Of a stretch of 64,000 nucleotides of DNA, positions 1 through 15,029 are shown piece by piece. The notes beneath the pieces were generated by a model that made no database searches, was not told the DNA's origin, and saw nothing but the letters and a program-made list of their open reading frames with translations. The DNA comes from an uncultured delta proteobacterium (GTDB taxonomy: Bacteria; Myxococcota_A; Polyangia; Polyangiales; JAFGIB01), in assembly GCA_963778655.1 (NCBI GenBank), contig CAVZVA010000010.1, forward strand, positions 736,001-800,000, in the 5' to 3' direction. The position numbers and the translations under genes were made by a program. The stretch's first letter is position 1. Each line of letters opens with the position of its first letter.

Positions 1-83
1 CCGGAGCTGGGTTTCCAGCTCCGCGCTGGCTTGAACTCGAGCCGGGCCACGGCCAAGCTAGATCTCACCGATTCGAATCGGAA

Positions 84-794
84 GTGATCATGCGCTGCGC
101 TGTGTGCCTGGTGCTGATGAGCTTGTGGGGCTGCGCCGGGTCGGACGCGGCGGCCGCCGGCACCTCCCAGACGGACACGGGTGGGATGGGCGACGCCGGT
201 GTAAGCGATAGTGACCACGATGGCCTGTGCGACGTGACCGAGGAGCAGCTCGGCACCGACCCGCACGCGGCCGATACGGATGGCGACGGGCTGCCGGACC
301 TGATCGAGGTGGGCAACAACTTCGATCCCACCGATCCCCAGTCGCCGCAGAGCGGGCGCGTGGCGTACCTGCAGGCAGAGCCAAGCGCGGTCGTCGACTT
401 TCAGGTGCGCTTCACCGTCAATGGCGATGGACAAGGCGTGAGCGGCGGCTTCGAAACCATCACCTCGATCTACGGCGACGGGGTGACCGCGGGCGACTTC
501 TTCACCGGCGCGCAGGCGGTCTCGGCCGATCCGACCGACGGCGTGCGCAGCATCGACGGGGCCGCGGCCCGCTTTGCCTCGGTGCTGGGCCGAGCCCGGC
601 TAGGGTTCAGCTTGCGCTTCGAGTACCCGGGCGACGGCCCGCAGCGGACCTGCGCCCGCGCGTATCCGTTCAGATACAGCGTCAAGGCTGACGACGGCAC
701 CACGCTGGCGCAGCAGCAGCTGCTGCTCGCGCTCACGCCCGATGCCAAAGTCGGCAAGCAGGTCGATTACTGTCTGCCCAGCGACTGCCAGTAG
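84..794 (+). CDS. Putative lipoprotein with DxDxDG (thrombospondin type-3-like, Ca-binding) repeats
   Basis: Lipobox-like LWGC; motifs DSDHDGLCD and DTDGDGLPD. Confidence 0.6.
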   Translation: MIMRCAVCLVLMSLWGCAGSDAAAAGTSQTDTGGMGDAGVSDSDHDGLCDVTEEQLGTDPHAADTDGDGLPDLIEVGNNFDPTDPQSPQSGRVAYLQAEPSAVVDFQVRFTVNGDGQGVSGGFETITSIYGDGVTAGDFFTGAQAVSADPTDGVRSIDGAAARFASVLGRARLGFSLRFEYPGDGPQRTCARAYPFRYSVKADDGTTLAQQQLLLALTPDAKVGKQVDYCLPSDCQ

Positions 795-818
795 CAGCCT
801 TGCGCAGCAGTCTCGTGG

Positions 819-1055
819 CTACTCCATGCCGCTCATCTGGCGGGCGCGCTTGCGGCGGCGGCGGGCGGCCTCCGCCTCCTTCTTGCGGCGCTTGACCGAG
901 GGCTTCATGTAGTGCCGGCGCCGCTTGAGCTCGCGCAGGATGCCCTCGTTGGCCATTTTGCGCTTGAGGTGCTTGATCGCACGGTCGAGGCCGCGGTCAC
1001 CCACGACCACCTCGACGGGCTTGCACTGAACGGCATCTCCAATCGGCGCTTGCAT
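819..1055 (-). CDS. rpsU: 30S ribosomal protein S21
   Basis: LDRAIKHLKRK...EGILRELKRRRHYMKPSVKRRKK signature. Confidence 0.92.
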   Translation of the reverse strand: MQAPIGDAVQCKPVEVVVGDRGLDRAIKHLKRKMANEGILRELKRRRHYMKPSVKRRKKEAEAARRRRKRARQMSGME

Positions 1056-1160
1056 TCGCTCCCTCGGTCTCGGCCCGGCCTGCGGGCGGGGCGCCGTACA
1101 CTACACCAGCCGGGCGCCGGCGCAAGTCCCGGGCGTCCCGGCCGACGCGCTCCCCCGGAA

Positions 1161-1224
1161 TCACCGGAAGACGGCAGGCGGGAAGACGTTCTGTCCGACT
1201 TCCCGTCTTCTCGCCTTCCTGTTG
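1161..1224. repeat. Dispersed palindromic repeat family B (GGAAGRCG-periodic arms)
   Basis: TCACCGGAAGACGGCAGGCGGGAAG ... CTTCCCGTCTTCTCGCCTTCCTGT; related copies at 13521, 51898, 55851 and 59581. Confidence 0.7.
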
Positions 1225-1231
1225 CAGCTTC

Positions 1232-3859
<2,628 letters not shown>

Positions 3860-3906
3860 CGTAAAACGTGCCTCCACGGTGCAACCTAACCACCGACCGG
3901 GGGTGA

Positions 3907-5619
3907 TCAAGGGCGCGGGTCGGGCGCGCTTGCGGCGCCAGTGACCCCGCCGGGGACGCGGGCACGGGCACGCGCGGCGTCCTCGGGGTCGCCGGCGGCG
4001 TCATAATAGGCGGCGCTTGCCAGCAGGCGCGCGCGCACCAGCGCGGAGGCGCCGGGGTCCAGGCCTGCGGGGTCGAACGCGTGCAACAGCCGGTCCCAGC
4101 GCTGCCAGGCCTCGGCGGCCGCGACGCGCACGTCGCTCTTGAGCGGCGGGCTGGTCGCGACCTGCGCGTAAGGTCCGAACGGCAGCAGCGCCGCGGAGGC
4201 CCCGGGCTCGTGCGCCGGATCGAGCTCGACCAGCACGCTGCGCCGGCTCGCCAGCGCCTTGAGCTCGGTCAACGGCACCCCGCCCTGGAGCAGGTGTGCG
4301 CGCAGCAGCGGCCGCAGCTCCGGCTGCACCGCGGCCAGCGCCTCGGCCCCGGGCAGCGCCAGCGCCCATGGCTTGCGCGCCAGCACGCAGTCGGGCCTCA
4401 CCTGCTCCTCGGCACGCGCGTCGCGCAGGGCGAGCGCGAGATCGGTCTCGACCAGCACTACGCTTCGCGGCGGCAGCGCGCGCAGCAGCGCCTCCCGCAG
4501 CAGGTCGGCGCCAGCGCCGGGCTGCGCGCGCGCGCGCAGCGTGGCCGCGTGCAGCCCGGCCAGGCCGAGAGGCACCGACAGCACGCTGAGCACCAGCGCG
4601 AGCGCGCTCGACTCGCGGGTTTGCAGCAGCGCACCAAACGCCGCGGCCAGCAGCGCAAGCGCCGCGCAGCCGGCGAGCGCGGGCGCGGCCCCGGGCTGCT
4701 GGAGCAGGCGGCTGCCGAGCAGGCTCGCGGCGGCGATGGCGAGCCAGGTGCCGTGCAGGCGGCGCGCGCCGGGCCGCAGCAGCACGAGCAACAGGCCGGC
4801 CAGCAGCGCGAGCCCGAGCAGCACCGCGGGCGCATCGGCTGCGCGCGCGCCCGCATTCCAGCCCGCGGCGCCGCGCCAGGCCGAAAGCGGCAGCCTCAGC
4901 TCGGGCGCGAGCGCGGCGTGCGCGCGGCGCGCGAGCAGCCACGGCAGCAGCGCCGCGGGGACCGCAGCCGCCAGCGGCCACAGTGCGGCCGCCGCGCGCA
5001 GCTGCACGCGCAGCAGCCGCTGCAGCACGGGCGCGCAGGCCAGCAGCAGCAGCAGCGCCAGCGGCGGCTGCTCGACTAGCAGCAGCGCCCACCAGAACAC
5101 GGCCGCACGCAGCGCGGCGGGCGCGCGCCGCGGCCAGCGCGCCAGCGCCGCGCACAGCCGTTCCAGCCACAGGCAGCCGAGCGCCAGCGCGACCGCGTGC
5201 GCGTGCGGCCGCGAATCGAACAGCTGGGGCAAACCGAACGCCAACAGCGTCGCGCCGAGCGCGAGCGGAGAGGCGAGCACGGCGCGCGACAGCCCCTGCG
5301 CGCGCAGGCTGGTGTCGAGCGCGCGGTAGAGCGCCGCGGCCGCCGCAGCGTTGCAAAGACCCATCGCGAGCGCCACGCGCAGCGGCAGCGGGCCCAGCGG
5401 AAGCAGCGTACACAGCCGCGCGAGCAGCACAGCGAGCAGATGGCCGGGCGCGGCCGCCGGCTGGAGCGCGAGCGCGGCCGACAGCAGCCCGTCGCCGCCT
5501 GTTGCCGGCCCGTATGGAGATACGCATGCGAGCCACGCCAGCAAGGGCGTGAGCGCGGCGATCAGCGCGCCCAGCACCTGCGCGTCGCGTTCGGACTGCG
5601 CTTTGGCCGGCGGGCTCAT
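3907..5619 (-). CDS. Polytopic membrane protein, weakly DUF2723/GT-C-like
   Basis: Many hydrophobic segments followed by a soluble C-terminal domain; family call is weak. Confidence 0.5.
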   Translation of the reverse strand: MSPPAKAQSERDAQVLGALIAALTPLLAWLACVSPYGPATGGDGLLSAALALQPAAAPGHLLAVLLARLCTLLPLGPLPLRVALAMGLCNAAAAAALYRALDTSLRAQGLSRAVLASPLALGATLLAFGLPQLFDSRPHAHAVALALGCLWLERLCAALARWPRRAPAALRAAVFWWALLLVEQPPLALLLLLACAPVLQRLLRVQLRAAAALWPLAAAVPAALLPWLLARRAHAALAPELRLPLSAWRGAAGWNAGARAADAPAVLLGLALLAGLLLVLLRPGARRLHGTWLAIAAASLLGSRLLQQPGAAPALAGCAALALLAAAFGALLQTRESSALALVLSVLSVPLGLAGLHAATLRARAQPGAGADLLREALLRALPPRSVVLVETDLALALRDARAEEQVRPDCVLARKPWALALPGAEALAAVQPELRPLLRAHLLQGGVPLTELKALASRRSVLVELDPAHEPGASAALLPFGPYAQVATSPPLKSDVRVAAAEAWQRWDRLLHAFDPAGLDPGASALVRARLLASAAYYDAAGDPEDAARARARVPGGVTGAASAPDPRP

Positions 5620-5863
5620 GGCGCCGCAGCCTATAGCAAATCGCGGCACCCTTGCGCGCGCAGGCCGCGGCGGCCATCGGCCCGCCAGCCCGGCACAGAC
5701 CGATGTGCGGATTCGAGGGCCGGCGTTCGATGCCGCCGTTACTGCCACGCCGCCTCGGCGAGCTCCGCCGCCGGCTCACGCGGCCCGATCGCTTCGACGC
5801 CGGTACCGAACGCCGGGCGCGCACGCATCGAAGGCACGCTCGGCGCGATCATGCGCTGCGAGC

Positions 5864-6730
5864 TCAGTGCGAGCGCGCGTCGGGCCGAGCGTCCGCATCC
5901 GCGCTGCACACGAACAGCGCCGTATCGAGCACGTACAGGGGCGTGGTGGCGTCGCCGCGGCACAGGTAGGGCGCGCGGCTCAGCTGCAGCACGCGCAGGC
6001 CCGCAGGCGCGAGCAGCCCGCGCGCGATGCCGGCGGCGCCGGCCTCCCAGCTCGGTGCGGCCGGCGGCAGTGGCTCGTCGGGGTCGCTGGTGCTCGCGCC
6101 GCGCTGCACGTGCGGTGACAGCGGCAGCGGAACCGAGAGCAGCAGCCGGGCTCCGGGCGCCAGCGCCGCGCGCAGGTGGCGCAGCAGCGTGCGCGGGCGC
6201 GTGCAGCGGTCGAGCACATTGAGGCAGAGCATGGCGTGCGCGCGCAGCGCGGGCGGCGGCGGCTGCTGTGCGAGGTCGAGCGGCAGCACGCGAAAGCCGC
6301 GGGCGCGCAGCCGCTGCCGCATCACGGCCGAGGCCTCGGTCACCAGCACCTGGTCGAAACGCGGCGCGGCCAGCGCGGTGATGTCGCCATTGCCTGCGCC
6401 CACGTCGAGCAGCCGCCACGGCCGAGGTCCCGGCGGTGCGCCCAGCAGCGGCTCGAGCTGCTGCGCGCTGAGCAGGTGCATCGGATACATGCGCAACAGG
6501 CCGTAGGCGTCGTAGTCCGAGAGCGCGCGCCGCAACAACGCATAGAGCGCGGTCTTGACACGGCCGTGCGGCGCCGCGCGCGCCTGCGCGACGAAACGCT
6601 GTGCGGCGGCGTCGTGCGCCAGCGCCACGAAGGCAGCGGCCAGCTCGGGCGGCAGCGCGCCCTTGGCGCAGTCGTAGCGCAGCGCCAGCTCGTGAAGGCC
6701 GTGCTCGGCCTCGCCCCGTCCGTTGCTCAC
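5864..6730 (-). CDS. METTL9/DREV-like class I SAM methyltransferase
   Basis: LLDVGAGNG, VTEAS, CLNVLDRC, PYLCRGD and YVLDTALFV match motifs recalled for eukaryotic METTL9; GTG start overlaps the upstream stop (GTGA). Confidence 0.8.
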   Translation of the reverse strand: MSNGRGEAEHGLHELALRYDCAKGALPPELAAAFVALAHDAAAQRFVAQARAAPHGRVKTALYALLRRALSDYDAYGLLRMYPMHLLSAQQLEPLLGAPPGPRPWRLLDVGAGNGDITALAAPRFDQVLVTEASAVMRQRLRARGFRVLPLDLAQQPPPPALRAHAMLCLNVLDRCTRPRTLLRHLRAALAPGARLLLSVPLPLSPHVQRGASTSDPDEPLPPAAPSWEAGAAGIARGLLAPAGLRVLQLSRAPYLCRGDATTPLYVLDTALFVCSADADARPDARSH

Positions 6731-6846
6731 CTTTCGCCCGCAGACCAATCGATGCGCTGGAACAGGAGGATAGACGCTGCGTACGTGCAGGATTCACCCG
6801 CGCGTTGTGTGCGTCGCGAGCGAAGCTTGGCCTCGAGCGCGCTCAT
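6727..6846 (-). CDS. Possible 39-aa coupled small ORF
   Basis: ATGA overlap with the upstream gene stop and GTGA overlap with the methyltransferase start. Confidence 0.3.
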   Translation of the reverse strand: MSALEAKLRSRRTQRAGESCTYAASILLFQRIDWSAGER

Positions 6847-7112
6847 GCCGTGTGCATGATCGGGTGCAGGCGGGTGCGGGCGGGCGTGTGGCGGCCGGCG
6901 GGGGGCAGGCTGCGCCGCTCGCCGGGGTGGCGCGCGATCAGGCTCTCGAGCGCGCCCATGGCGAGCAGGGGCAGCGCCAGCGCGAGCGGGGTCAGGTCGG
7001 CGCTGTCGCCGCGATACAGCGCCGCGGCCAGCAGCACGAGCGCCAGGGGCGCGACCAGCAGAGCGACGGCGGCTGCGCGGATCGACCGGGTCGGGGGGTT
7101 GAGGTGGCTCAT
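6843..7112 (-). CDS. Small two-TM membrane protein
   Basis: AAGGAG RBS before the ATG at 7112; two hydrophobic helices; divergent from tetR. Confidence 0.6.
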   Translation of the reverse strand: MSHLNPPTRSIRAAAVALLVAPLALVLLAAALYRGDSADLTPLALALPLLAMGALESLIARHPGERRSLPPAGRHTPARTRLHPIMHTA

Positions 7113-7157
7113 GACCGTTCTCCTTGTGCCGGCTCCCGGGGCTCGATCCGGAAGCGA

Positions 7158-7194
7158 TAGACACTGTCTAGCTCGCGGACTTGACAGTGTCAAG
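7158..7194. promoter_or_regulatory. Pair of palindromic operators, probably TetR sites
   Basis: TAGACA-C-TGTCTA (7158-7170) and CTTGACA-G-TGTCAAG (7180-7194) between divergent genes; the second contains TTGACA. Confidence 0.75.
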
Positions 7195-7215
7195 TAGCTC
7201 CTGCAAGCTTTTGGG

Positions 7216-7935
7216 GTGACCCCGAAGCGCAAGCCCCAAACCAACCCTTCCCGCGCCGCCCGTGGTGCGCTTGCGTCCAGAGCCCAGCCCGCGGCGTCCG
7301 ACCTGCGCGCGCGCATCCTGCAGGCCAGCGTGGCGCTGATCGAAGGCGAGGGGCTGGGCGCGCTCAGCATGCGCGAGGTCGCGCGCCGCGCCGGGGTGAG
7401 CCACCAGGCGCCCTACCACCACTTCGCCGACCGCGAGGCGATTCTCGGCGCGATCGCCGAGGAAGGCTTTCGCGTGTTGCGTGCCGCGCTCGAGCGTGCG
7501 GTGGCGCGCGACGGCGGCCGGCGCTCGGCTGCAGACTGCCTGGCCGCGTGCGGGCAGGCATACGTCGAGTTCGCCTGCGCGCACCCGGCGCACTTCCGGG
7601 TGATGTTCCGGCCGGAGCTGGTGAACCTCGAGAACTGCCCTGGCGCGCGCGCCGAGGGCGACGGCGCGTTCGGCTGTCTGACCAGGATGGTGCACGCGGC
7701 CGTCGAGCAAGGCCTGCCCGCCGAGCCGTCCGAGGATGCGCTGATCGTGCTGGCCTGGTCGGTGGCGCACGGGCTGGCGTGCCTGATCCTCGACGGCCCG
7801 CTGGCCAAGAAGCTGCCGGGCGCCGAGCGCGGCGCTCAGATCCGTGGGGTCACCGGCGCGTTCGGCGCGATGCTGGCGGCCAGGATGGGCGATGCGCAGC
7901 CCTCGCCGGCACGGCGCGGGGCGCGCAAGGCTTAG
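7216..7935 (+). CDS. TetR/AcrR family regulator (WHG-type C-terminal domain)
   Basis: LSMREVARRAGVSHQAPYHHF HTH; WSVAHG. Confidence 0.92.
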   Translation: MTPKRKPQTNPSRAARGALASRAQPAASDLRARILQASVALIEGEGLGALSMREVARRAGVSHQAPYHHFADREAILGAIAEEGFRVLRAALERAVARDGGRRSAADCLAACGQAYVEFACAHPAHFRVMFRPELVNLENCPGARAEGDGAFGCLTRMVHAAVEQGLPAEPSEDALIVLAWSVAHGLACLILDGPLAKKLPGAERGAQIRGVTGAFGAMLAARMGDAQPSPARRGARKA

Positions 7936-8087
7936 GACCCGGGCGCAAATGACCTGCTCGAGTGCTGGGCTGGCCGCGCCACGGCGCGGAGCAATGCGGG
8001 CGCGCTGGGCGGGCTGTATCCGCACAGCGCGCGCAGCGAGCGCCGCGAGCCTGGCTCGTGCGCGGCGGCCGCGCTAGCGTGCGGCCC

Positions 8088-9992
8088 ATGTGGCAGGCGG
8101 GGCCGTTGCCGGAGGATGACGGCGCGCTGGTGCGCGCGTTGCAGCACGCCAACTTGCCTACGCTGCTGATGGTGATGGTCCAGCTCACCGGCGATCGCGC
8201 GCTGATGCGCGGCGCGATCCGGCCGCGGCGCGCCACGCCGCAGCGTCCCGGCGGCGGGCTCGACCAGGCCCAAGCCCAGGCGATCCGCGCTCAGGCGCTG
8301 CAGCTGCTGCGCGAGCTGCGCGAGGGCCGGCGCGTGTTGCCGCCGCCACCCGAGCCGAGCTTGCTGCACGAGATGATGCGCTTCTCGCTTGGGCAGGAGG
8401 TGCCGGCCGAATACGTGCCCATGATGATGCAGGACCTGGGCTGGCAGCCGGCCGCCGCGATCGAGCCGCTGCCCGCGGCGCGCGCGCGCGACTTCCATGT
8501 GCTGGTGATCGGCGCCGGGATGAGCGGCATCCTGGCGGCGCTGCAGCTGCAGCAGCTGGGCGTGCGCTACACCGTGATCGAGAAGAACCCGGAGGTGGGC
8601 GGTACCTGGCACGAGAACCGCTACCCCGGCTGTCGCGTCGACCTGCCCAGCCACTTCTACTGCTATTCGTTCGCGCCCAACCCCGACTGGTCCGCGTGCT
8701 TCGCGCCGCAGGACGAGCTGGCGGCGTATTTTCGCGGTATCGCCGAGCGATCGGGCGTGCGCGAGGCGATCCGCTTCGGCAGCGAGGTGCGGCAAGCGCG
8801 CTGGGAGCCGGACGCGGCCTGCTGGCAGGTCACGCTGCGCGGGCCCGACGGCCGCGAGCAGCAGATGCGCGCGCACGCCATCGTCAGCGCGGTGGGGCAG
8901 CTCAACCGTCCCGCCATCCCGGCGATAGCGGGCCTCTCCGATTTCGGCGGGCCGGTCTTCCACACCGCCGCCTGGCAGCGCGACGTCGCGCTCTCAGGCA
9001 AGCGCGTGGGCGTGATCGGCACCGGCGCGAGCGCGATGCAGGTCGTGCCCCGCATCGCGCCCGAGGTCGAGCGCTTGAGCATCTTCCAGCGCTCGCCGCA
9101 GTGGGCCGTGCCCAACCCCGACTACCTCCGCGCCATCGACGAGGGCGAGAAGTGGCTGCTGCGGCACGTGCCCTACTACGCGGCCTTCTATCGCTTGCGC
9201 CTGTTCTACGTGTACGGCGACGGCGTGCACGAAAGCCTCCAGGTCGATCCCGCGTGGCCGCATCCGGAGCGAGCGCTCAACGCTGCCAACGATCGCGTCC
9301 GCGAGCAGCTCACCGCCTACATCGAGCACGAGCTGGGCGCGCGCCGCGATCTGCTGCCCAAGGCGCTGCCCGGCTATCCGCCCTTTGCCAAGCGCATGTT
9401 GCTCGACAACCACTGGTTTCGCACGCTCACCCGCGACAACGTCGAGCTGGTCACCGGCGCGATCGAGCGCGTCGTGCCCGGCGCGGTGGTGACGGGCGAC
9501 GGCAGCCGCCGCGAGCTCGACGTGCTGGTGCTGGCCACCGGGTTTCAAGCCAATCGCTTTCTGTGGCCGATGCTGCTGCGCGGCAGCAGCGGCGAGCTGC
9601 TGAGCGAGCGCTGGGGCGACGATCCGCGCGCCTACCTCGGCATCACCGTGCCAGGTTTTCCAAACCTGTTCATGCTCTACGGCCCCAACACCAACCTCGC
9701 GCACGGCGGCAGCATCATCTTCCACAGCGAGTGCCAGATGCGTTACATCCGCGGCTGCCTCGAGCTGCTGCTGCGCGGCGGCCACGCGGCGATGGACTGC
9801 AAGCAAGCCGTGCACGACGCCTACAACGCGCGCGTCGACGCCCTGCACGCGCGCATGGTCTGGACCCACCCGCAGGTGAGCAACTGGTACCGCAACGCGC
9901 GCGGCCGCGTCACCACCAACTCCCCGTTCCGCCTGGTCGACTACTGGGAGCTCACCTCCGAGGTGAGCCCCGCCGACTACGTGCTCACGTAG
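8088..9992 (+). CDS. Baeyer-Villiger flavin monooxygenase (4-hydroxyacetophenone monooxygenase-like, N-terminal extension)
   Basis: GAGMSG, GGTWHENRYPG, BVMO fingerprint FGGPVFHTAAW, GTGASA. Confidence 0.88.
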   Translation: MWQAGPLPEDDGALVRALQHANLPTLLMVMVQLTGDRALMRGAIRPRRATPQRPGGGLDQAQAQAIRAQALQLLRELREGRRVLPPPPEPSLLHEMMRFSLGQEVPAEYVPMMMQDLGWQPAAAIEPLPAARARDFHVLVIGAGMSGILAALQLQQLGVRYTVIEKNPEVGGTWHENRYPGCRVDLPSHFYCYSFAPNPDWSACFAPQDELAAYFRGIAERSGVREAIRFGSEVRQARWEPDAACWQVTLRGPDGREQQMRAHAIVSAVGQLNRPAIPAIAGLSDFGGPVFHTAAWQRDVALSGKRVGVIGTGASAMQVVPRIAPEVERLSIFQRSPQWAVPNPDYLRAIDEGEKWLLRHVPYYAAFYRLRLFYVYGDGVHESLQVDPAWPHPERALNAANDRVREQLTAYIEHELGARRDLLPKALPGYPPFAKRMLLDNHWFRTLTRDNVELVTGAIERVVPGAVVTGDGSRRELDVLVLATGFQANRFLWPMLLRGSSGELLSERWGDDPRAYLGITVPGFPNLFMLYGPNTNLAHGGSIIFHSECQMRYIRGCLELLLRGGHAAMDCKQAVHDAYNARVDALHARMVWTHPQVSNWYRNARGRVTTNSPFRLVDYWELTSEVSPADYVLT

Positions 9993-10035
9993 CCTTGCGG
10001 TTTTCCGCGCGCCGCCGAGGTGCTATCGGGTCGCC

Positions 10036-10629
10036 ATGGCGTCTTCTTGGCTCGAGCGTGCGTCCGTTGCGACGGAGCTGCCGCTGCTCGGCGTGCTCGC
10101 GGGCGGCCGGGGGCGGCGCATGGGCGGGCGCGACAAGGCGCGGTTGCAGGCGCCGGGGGGGATGGAGACGCTGGTCGGGCGCTTGCTGCGACTCGGGCGC
10201 GAGCAGGGCTTGCCCTGCGTGGGGGTCGGCGGCGATGCGCTGCCCGGGGTGGCGTGGATCGCGGACGAGCCGGCGGGGGTGGGGCCGATCGGGGGGCTGT
10301 GCGCATTGCTGGCGCACGCGGGTAGCCGGCCGGCGCTCGCGCTCGCGTGCGACCTGCCGTTCGTGACCAGCGAGCTGATCGGGCGGCTCGCGCGCGAGGC
10401 CTGCGCGGCCGCGGTGCTGGCGCCGCGCGATCCGGTCACGGGCAAGTGGGAGCCGCTATTCGCGCGCTACGATGCGCCGCGCGTGCTGCCGCCGCTGCGC
10501 GCGGCGATCGCGGCCGGCACGCGCTCGTTTCAAACCTTCTTGCGGGAGCTCGAGGTGGCCGAGCTGGTGCTTTCGGTCGAGCAGCGGGCGTTGCTGCGCG
10601 ACTGGGACGAGCCGGGGGACGTGGGGTGA
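10036..10629 (+). CDS. mobA: Molybdenum cofactor guanylyltransferase
   Basis: LAGGRGRRMG..DK, GPIGG, ACDLPF, EPLFARY. Confidence 0.85.
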   Translation: MASSWLERASVATELPLLGVLAGGRGRRMGGRDKARLQAPGGMETLVGRLLRLGREQGLPCVGVGGDALPGVAWIADEPAGVGPIGGLCALLAHAGSRPALALACDLPFVTSELIGRLAREACAAAVLAPRDPVTGKWEPLFARYDAPRVLPPLRAAIAAGTRSFQTFLRELEVAELVLSVEQRALLRDWDEPGDVG

Positions 10630-10684
10630 GGGGGACCGCGGGGCCGGCCACGACCACGACCACGCGTGGGGGGGCGGTCCGCCG

Positions 10685-12535
<1,851 letters not shown>

Positions 12536-12844
12536 GATGTCCTCTCTGGAAACAGGGGCCGTTACCCCGCCCCCCTCATCAGATCCCCGGCCCGCAAAGT
12601 CAACTGTCGGGGCGGCTGCCGGACGCGGGGGTGGCGCGGGCACAGGGGGAAGCGCGACCACGTCCATGACTGCGACTTGGGTGAGGATTCAAAGAGTGGG
12701 TGGTTTCGGGGTGGATGTGCAAAGCTTGACCGGGTCCCGGGTGTAGGTCGGCTGGGTTGACCTGCAGCGAGCCCTGCGGCGAGAATGCAAGGGCCGGACG
12801 CGCCCGGCGTGCGCTGCTGCACGTCCTGGAACAAGGGGTAGTCG

Positions 12845-13393
12845 ATGGCTGCTCAGGAAGAGATCACGTGTCCGATGTGCGGGTTCAAGAACCCCGCCGA
12901 CCAGGAGCGCTGCCGTTCCTGCGGCGCCAAGGTTGAGATCCTCGCCGCCAGCTACACCGCCGAAGAGGAATACGCGCGCCGCTACCAGCAAGAGGACTTC
13001 GAGTGGAAGTGGGCGCTGATCGGCGCCGGGCTGTTCACCGGCTTGCAGCTCCTGGCGCTGGCGCTGCTGCCGTTGTTGATCGGGAGCTTCGACCCGCAGG
13101 GCCTGGCTGGGCTGTTGCTCAGCGTGCCGATCTTCTTCCTCGGGGGCATCGCGCTGGGCATCGTCTCGCCCGGCAAGACCTTCGTCGAGCCGGCGGTCGG
13201 CGCGATGCTCGCTGCGGTGCCGACCCTGGCGATCGTGTCGTGGCGCACGCCTGGCGGGTTTCAGCCTACGCTGCTGGCCTATATCGTGTGCGCGATCATG
13301 GGCGTGATGACCGCGCTGTTCGGCGCCTTCGTGGGCGAGCGCTGGCAGATGGGCACCGCCAAGACGCACCACCACCACTCCAAGTCGCGCTGA
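12845..13393 (+). CDS. Zinc-ribbon membrane protein
   Basis: CPMC..N...CRSC followed by about 4 TM helices and a His-rich tail. Confidence 0.7.
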   Translation: MAAQEEITCPMCGFKNPADQERCRSCGAKVEILAASYTAEEEYARRYQQEDFEWKWALIGAGLFTGLQLLALALLPLLIGSFDPQGLAGLLLSVPIFFLGGIALGIVSPGKTFVEPAVGAMLAAVPTLAIVSWRTPGGFQPTLLAYIVCAIMGVMTALFGAFVGERWQMGTAKTHHHHSKSR

Positions 13394-13426
13394 GCGCGGC
13401 GCCGTGCCGAGTTGCACGAGCAGTCC

Positions 13427-13481
13427 CGAGCGAAGCGAGGCTCGCGGGAGGCTGGGGCGAGAGGGTCGCGTGACCCTCCCG
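13427..13481. repeat. Dispersed palindromic repeat family A (GGGAGGGKC-GCGT-GMCCCTCCC hairpin)
   Basis: TGGGGCGAGAGGGTCGCGTGACCCTCCCG between convergent genes; relatives at 22501, 57229 and 62606-63106. Confidence 0.7.
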
Positions 13482-13520
13482 TGACTTAGCGCCCGTCCGG
13501 AAGTGGCGCTTCAAAGCATT

Positions 13521-13579
13521 CAACAGGAACGCGGCAAGGCGAGAAGAACAACATACTCCGGGCTTCCCGCCTTCCTGTG
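13521..13579. repeat. Dispersed palindromic repeat family B
   Basis: ACAGGAACGCGGCAAGGCGAGAAG ... CTTCCCGCCTTCCTGT. Confidence 0.6.
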
Positions 13580-13617
13580 GTCTCTGGCCCCAGGGTCACT
13601 TCGTTTCTGGACGAGAG

Positions 13618-13929
<312 letters not shown>

Positions 13930-14211
13930 CTATCTCTCTGAAACGTCCTACAAAAGCCCGCCGGGGGCCGCCCCTTGCGGGTGTGCGGCGGAGGTATAGT
14001 GCCCGCCCCGGGCAGCGTCAACACACCGGCGGCGCGTACGCCGCGGGCCGCCGCTGGCTTTTGACCCGCCGTGCGGGCTGCTGATACGCTCGCCGAGCGG
14101 CCGCAAGCACTGCGATTTCAGTGCGTGCCACCGCATGGTGACAGGCGAGAGCGTGCGGACCGGCCCCCCGGGCCGCGGGACGGTCGCCGACAAGGGACGG
14201 GCCTCACCCCG

Positions 14212-14982
14212 ATGGATCTCAAGGTTCTCGGTTGCCACGGCGGGGAGTCCCCAAAGCATCAGTGCCCGGCCTTCATGTTGGACGGTCGGGTGTGCCTGGA
14301 CGCCGGCTCGATCACCAACATGCTGACGCTCAAGGAGCAGCAGCGGGTCGAGGCCGTGGTGGTTAGCCACGCGCACATCGACCACGTCCGCGATCTGGCG
14401 ATGCTCGCCGACACCCGCACACAGCAGGGCGGGCCGCCGCTGACGATCGCGTCCACGCCGGGCACGATCCGGGTGCTCAAGCGCCACTTCTTCAACGACC
14501 TGCTGTGGCCCGACTTCAGCCGCATCCCCGAGCAGAACGGCGCGACCATCATCTTCCAGCCGCTGCGCGCCGGCAAGGCGACCGAAGTGGCTGGCTTGCA
14601 GGTGGAGCCGGTGCTGGTCGACCACACCGTCGAGGCCTCCGCGTATCTGATCGGGGACGGTGAGGCCACGCTCGCGTACAGCGGCGACACCGGCCCGACC
14701 GAGCGGCTGTGGCAGGTGCTGCGCAGGCAGCGCAAGCTGAGCGCGCTCATCATGGAAGTGGCGTTTCCCAACGAGCAGCAGAAGGTGGCGCGCGATTCGG
14801 GGCACCACACGCCGCACAGCCTCGAGCTCGAGCTGCGCAAGCTCGGCGCACACCAGCGCGATCTCCCGGTGCTGCTGTTCCACATCAAGCCGGTGTTCCA
14901 GCGTACGGTCGAGCGTGAGCTGGCGAAGATCCGCACCCGCAACACCACCATCCTGCAGATCGGCGACGAGTACGTCTTGTAG
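14212..14982 (+). CDS. Class II 3',5'-cyclic nucleotide phosphodiesterase (MBL fold)
   Basis: LGCHGG, LDAG, SHAHIDH, FNDLLWPDF, YSGDT. Confidence 0.82.
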   Translation: MDLKVLGCHGGESPKHQCPAFMLDGRVCLDAGSITNMLTLKEQQRVEAVVVSHAHIDHVRDLAMLADTRTQQGGPPLTIASTPGTIRVLKRHFFNDLLWPDFSRIPEQNGATIIFQPLRAGKATEVAGLQVEPVLVDHTVEASAYLIGDGEATLAYSGDTGPTERLWQVLRRQRKLSALIMEVAFPNEQQKVARDSGHHTPHSLELELRKLGAHQRDLPVLLFHIKPVFQRTVERELAKIRTRNTTILQIGDEYVL

Positions 14983-15029
14983 CGTGTGCTGGCCTGCGTG
15001 CGGCGGGCCCCGGGTGTAGGCTGTGGCGC

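Noticed and set aside
5739..5852. Small ORF between the methyltransferase and the membrane protein
   Set aside because: No RBS, motif or overlap support.
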